Assembly: GCA_964415285.1 (NCBI GenBank)
Contig: CAYPZP010000002.1
Location: 11,595-75,594 of the forward strand
DNA from: an uncultured Halomonas sp.
Lineage (GTDB): Bacteria; Pseudomonadota; Gammaproteobacteria; Xanthomonadales; Wenzhouxiangellaceae
Direction of reading: 5' to 3'
Length of the DNA: 64,000 nucleotides
The notes under the pieces are model-generated. The model made no database searches. It had not been told where the DNA came from and was given only the letters and a program-made list of their open reading frames with translations. Positions 60,546-64,000 of the stretch are shown in pieces. Position 1 is the first letter of the stretch, and every line of letters starts with the position of its first letter. Position numbers and translations under genes: made by a program.

Positions 60546-62612
60546 TCACTCCGCGTCGTCGGTGACCTTGCCGTCGGTGGTCCAGTCCTTGTACCAGGAC
60601 GTCATGTACAGGATCGTACGCATCGCGTTGGACGGCTTGGTGCTGGTGCCGTGGTATTCGCTGTCGAAACGCATCAGCTTGGCCGGCACGCCGCGCATCT
60701 TCAGCGCCGCATAGTACTCCTCGGACTGCGCCATCGGTGTGCGCAGGTCTTCCTCGCCGGTCATCACGAGCACCGGTGTGGTGACGTTGCCGACGGTCAT
60801 CAGCGGCGAGGTCTTCAGCCATGCATCCGGGTCTTCCCAGAACGGCCGGTCGAAGAACGAGAACGTGAACTGCGGGATGTCGGTGGTCCCGGCCATGCTG
60901 ATCCAGTTGACGACCGGACAGCGCACCGCCGCGGCGGCGAACCGGTCGGTGTTGCCGATGACCCAGCTCGACAGCACGCCGCCGCCGCTGCAGCCACCGA
61001 CGTACATGCGCTTCTCGTCGATGTATCCCTGCCCGACGACCGCGTCGATGCCACCGATCAGGTCCAGGTAATCGACGCTCGGATAGGCGCGGTCGATGGC
61101 CTGCGAGAACGCCTCGCCGTAGCCGGTGCTGCCGCGCGGGTTCGTGTAGAGCACGACGAAGCCTTCCGAGGCGAACGCCTGGAAGGCGAAATTGAACGCG
61201 CCGCGGTACATCGCAAATGGACCGCCGTGGATCTCCATCAGCAGCGGGTAGCGCTGGTCCCGATCGAAGTCCGGCGGCTTGATCACCCAGCCGTGGGCCC
61301 GGCTGCCGTCCTCGGCCTCGTACCAGATCTCTTCGTGCGCGCCCAGCGTCTTGCCGTCGAGCACGTCGGCGTTGACCGCGGTCAGCCGCTCGGGCGCGTC
61401 GTTGCCGCGCAGCGCGATCGTGTAGACATCGCCTGGCTCGTGGAAGCTCGACAACACGCCGGCGCCGAGAGAACGGCCGGTATCGACCGAGGCCAGGCTC
61501 ACCACCTGCTGCCCCTCGGTCACGGCGGACACGTCGCCGTCGAGGTCGGCGCGGAACACGTTGACGTAGCCCTCGTCCTGCGCCGTGAAATAGATGCCGC
61601 GGTCGTTGCGTGCCCAGAACAGGCCGCTCGGCGGTCGATCGAACGCTTCGGTCAGCAGCTCGCGGTCACCGCCGTCGATATCCATGAGGTACAGGTGCGG
61701 CATTTCGTAGGTCTTCTCGGTGGCCGGGTAGCCGAGGAACGCCACGCGATCGCCGTCGCCCGAAACCGTCGGTTCCACCCACCAGCCGGGCTCTTCGGTC
61801 AACTGCGTCTTGTCGCCGGAATCGATGTTCACCGCGTAGATATGCGAGCGGCGGTAGGACGTATCGTGAACCGGCGAGTCGTAGCCGTCGATCAGGATCG
61901 ACGCCCCGTCCGGCGTCCAGCTAAGGCCCGCGCCGTAGAACAGGCCGTCGAACTGCGCGCCCACGTGCCACTCGCCGCGGGTGAGCTGGCGCGCCGTGCC
62001 CGATTCGGCCGGCACCACGAACAGGTGCGAAAAGCCCGGGTCGCGGAAGCCGACCCGGTCCTGGCGATAATGCAGGCGATCGAGGATGCGCGGCGGCGGC
62101 GTCCAGTCCGCGCCTTCAGGCGGGCTGGGCAGATCGATGTTCCACGGGCTCTCGGCCGCCACGATGGCGACGAACGCGATGTGCTCGCCGTCGGGCGACC
62201 AGGTCGGCGTGCTCGGCGAGACGTCGACGCGCGTGACCTGGGAAACCGCGCCCTCGTCGTCCATCCAGCGCACGAAGATCTGCGGTTTGCCGTTGTCGTC
62301 AGAAGCGATGAACAGGATGCGGGTTCCGTCCGGCGACCAGCGCGCGCTAGAGCCGTCGACCAGGAACCGCTGGCGGCTGCCGTCGGCCTCCATGATCCAC
62401 AGCGCCGAATGCCAGGCGTCCTTCATCGGATCGACGTACCGGCGCGTGTACACGACCTGCTCGCCGTTCGGCGAGATTCTCGGATCGGATACCCGCTCCA
62501 TCTGCAGATAGTCGGCCACTTGCAAGTGTGGGGAGTCGTGTTCGCTGGCCTGGGCCGCAGCAGCCACGACAATCAGCAAGGCGATCAGCGCGAAGGGGGG
62601 TTGGAAGCGCAT
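60546..62612 (-). CDS. S9 family peptidase
   Basis: SPNG/SPDG repeats, IHGGP, NPRGSTGYG, GCSGGG, GEEDLRTP, YHG; signal peptide. Confidence 0.92.
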   Translation of the reverse strand: MRFQPPFALIALLIVVAAAAQASEHDSPHLQVADYLQMERVSDPRISPNGEQVVYTRRYVDPMKDAWHSALWIMEADGSRQRFLVDGSSARWSPDGTRILFIASDDNGKPQIFVRWMDDEGAVSQVTRVDVSPSTPTWSPDGEHIAFVAIVAAESPWNIDLPSPPEGADWTPPPRILDRLHYRQDRVGFRDPGFSHLFVVPAESGTARQLTRGEWHVGAQFDGLFYGAGLSWTPDGASILIDGYDSPVHDTSYRRSHIYAVNIDSGDKTQLTEEPGWWVEPTVSGDGDRVAFLGYPATEKTYEMPHLYLMDIDGGDRELLTEAFDRPPSGLFWARNDRGIYFTAQDEGYVNVFRADLDGDVSAVTEGQQVVSLASVDTGRSLGAGVLSSFHEPGDVYTIALRGNDAPERLTAVNADVLDGKTLGAHEEIWYEAEDGSRAHGWVIKPPDFDRDQRYPLLMEIHGGPFAMYRGAFNFAFQAFASEGFVVLYTNPRGSTGYGEAFSQAIDRAYPSVDYLDLIGGIDAVVGQGYIDEKRMYVGGCSGGGVLSSWVIGNTDRFAAAAVRCPVVNWISMAGTTDIPQFTFSFFDRPFWEDPDAWLKTSPLMTVGNVTTPVLVMTGEEDLRTPMAQSEEYYAALKMRGVPAKLMRFDSEYHGTSTKPSNAMRTILYMTSWYKDWTTDGKVTDDAE

Positions 62613-62747
62613 CGGGATTCCTCAGGGTCGGCGGTCGTCGGATCAACCTACCAAAATGCATCCCGTACTGGAAGCAGGCCGGGAACGCGAACGCCGCGGC
62701 GCAGCGGCTCCGGACCCGCCGCCAGGCGTCGATCGATCGGAACAAGC

Positions 62748-63998
62748 TCAGTCGCCTGCCGGCGGCTCCAGATAGCGCGCCTCGAGTCCGTCCCTGAGCA
62801 TCTGCATGTTCCGGCGCACGCGCTCGCGAAGTTCGATGAAGCGCGGCTGGTCGGCGAGCACGGCGAGGTTGGGGCCGTCGAACGCGTACCACCACATGTT
62901 CAGCCAGTCGTTATCGAGCTCGACTTCGAGCAGGTCCAGCGCCAGCGCGGTATCGCCGAGCATCGCATGGGCCTCGACCTCGCTGATGTCGAAGTCCTCG
63001 TAGCCCTCCGCGCGCAGCCGGTCGAGCGTGTCGAGGACCGCCTGCAGCAGGATCCGGCTCCGGTCGAACTCGCCGCGCGCCTGGTGGACGACCGCGAGCA
63101 CCGGGGCGATGTAGAAATTGCTGCTGGTCACCCCGGGCGGATCGGCGAGCAAGTCCGGATAAGTCTCGACGAACAACTGCCGGGCGCCGTCGAGATCGCC
63201 GGCGTCGAGCAGCAGGTCGCGCCGCGCGACCATTTTCAGCCACGCTGTGCCGAGGTTCGGCGCATAGGTATCGAGTGCGTCGCGAAGCGCCACCGGATCG
63301 CCGCCTTGCAGCGCGACCAGGACCGCGGCCCGGGACGGCCACCAGTGATCGGGCGCGTTGGCGGTCGCGCGTTCGGCCCACAGCGCCGCGGCTTCCGGCG
63401 CATCCAGTTCCAGCAGCGATTCGGCCATCAGGGCCGCGTACTCGCTGTGCAAGGGATCGAGCGCGTAGGCCTGGTGGAGCAGGCGAACCGCCTCGTCGGG
63501 CCGGCCGAGGACGAAGCGCTCGAGCTGTGCCAGGTGCGCGTACGTCGCGACGAAGTCCGGATCGATCTCCAGGCTGCGCGCGTACTGCTCGGCCGCCTCG
63601 TCGACTCGCCCCAGGGCCAGCAGGCTCTGCGCGACGCTGTTGCTGATCGTCACCGACAACGGATCCAGCTCCAGCGCCCGCCGGAGCCAGAACAGCGCAT
63701 CCGGAAAACGCGCCGACGAGTACAGCATGATGCCGAACCAGTGACTCGACAGCGAGTCGTTGGCGTTGAGCTCGAGCGCGCGCAGGAACGAGTCCTCGGC
63801 GCCCTGCATGTCGTTGTTGCTTCGTCGCAGTTCACCGAGCACGCCGTGCGCGCGCGAAAGCCGCGGCTGCAGTTCGAGCGCACGCTGGACCGCCGGCATG
63901 GCCGCGGCCTGCATCTCGTCGCGTTCGAGGCCGGCATAGTCGTGCTGCAGCACGATCACTTCGGCCAGCCCGGCCCAGGCCTCGGCGTAGGCCGGATC
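62748..63998 (-). CDS. TPR-repeat protein (C-terminal part; starts beyond the window end)
   Basis: Repeated RALELDP/RALELN TPR units; the frame is open to the window edge (DPAYAEAWAGLAE). Confidence 0.85.
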   Translation of the reverse strand, partial: DPAYAEAWAGLAEVIVLQHDYAGLERDEMQAAAMPAVQRALELQPRLSRAHGVLGELRRSNNDMQGAEDSFLRALELNANDSLSSHWFGIMLYSSARFPDALFWLRRALELDPLSVTISNSVAQSLLALGRVDEAAEQYARSLEIDPDFVATYAHLAQLERFVLGRPDEAVRLLHQAYALDPLHSEYAALMAESLLELDAPEAAALWAERATANAPDHWWPSRAAVLVALQGGDPVALRDALDTYAPNLGTAWLKMVARRDLLLDAGDLDGARQLFVETYPDLLADPPGVTSSNFYIAPVLAVVHQARGEFDRSRILLQAVLDTLDRLRAEGYEDFDISEVEAHAMLGDTALALDLLEVELDNDWLNMWWYAFDGPNLAVLADQPRFIELRERVRRNMQMLRDGLEARYLEPPAGD

Positions 63999-64000
63999 GA

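Overview
This is high-GC, gene-dense chromosomal DNA. The gene repertoire (gltBD, maeB, srkA, many secreted proteins with IPTL/VP-CTERM-like and DxIFxDGFE tails) suggests a Wenzhouxiangella/Xanthomonadales-like gammaproteobacterium; that assignment is inference only. The window encodes an AddAB-type repair pair, gltB/gltD, srkA, maeB, a class I FBP aldolase, pyk, and a 2-oxoacid:acceptor oxidoreductase alpha/beta pair followed by a ferritin-like gene. It also carries an Ada-like methyltransferase, two S9 peptidases, a GH16 enzyme and many secreted proteins or lipoproteins. I saw no rRNA, tRNA, CRISPR array or intact transposase. The most notable signals are as follows. (1) A CRP/Clp-like near-palindrome (CGTGA-N6-TCATGA) occurs in five separate intergenic regions, mostly about 41.5 bp upstream of predicted transcription starts, defining a candidate regulon of secreted and uncharacterised genes. 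(2) A membrane Ser/Thr kinase-TPR gene sits next to an FHA-GGDEF cyclase, with a separate FHA-EAL phosphodiesterase elsewhere, suggesting pThr-gated c-di-GMP signalling. (3) Two related secreted choice-of-anchor-O-like proteins are present, one divergent from a di-heme c-type oxidoreductase. (4) A MITE-like, highly structured 43.5-44.05 kb intergenic region contains a long hairpin. (5) An FNR-like class II promoter precedes the oxidoreductase operon. Start codons were refined by eye and all family names are motif-based recognitions, not database hits.
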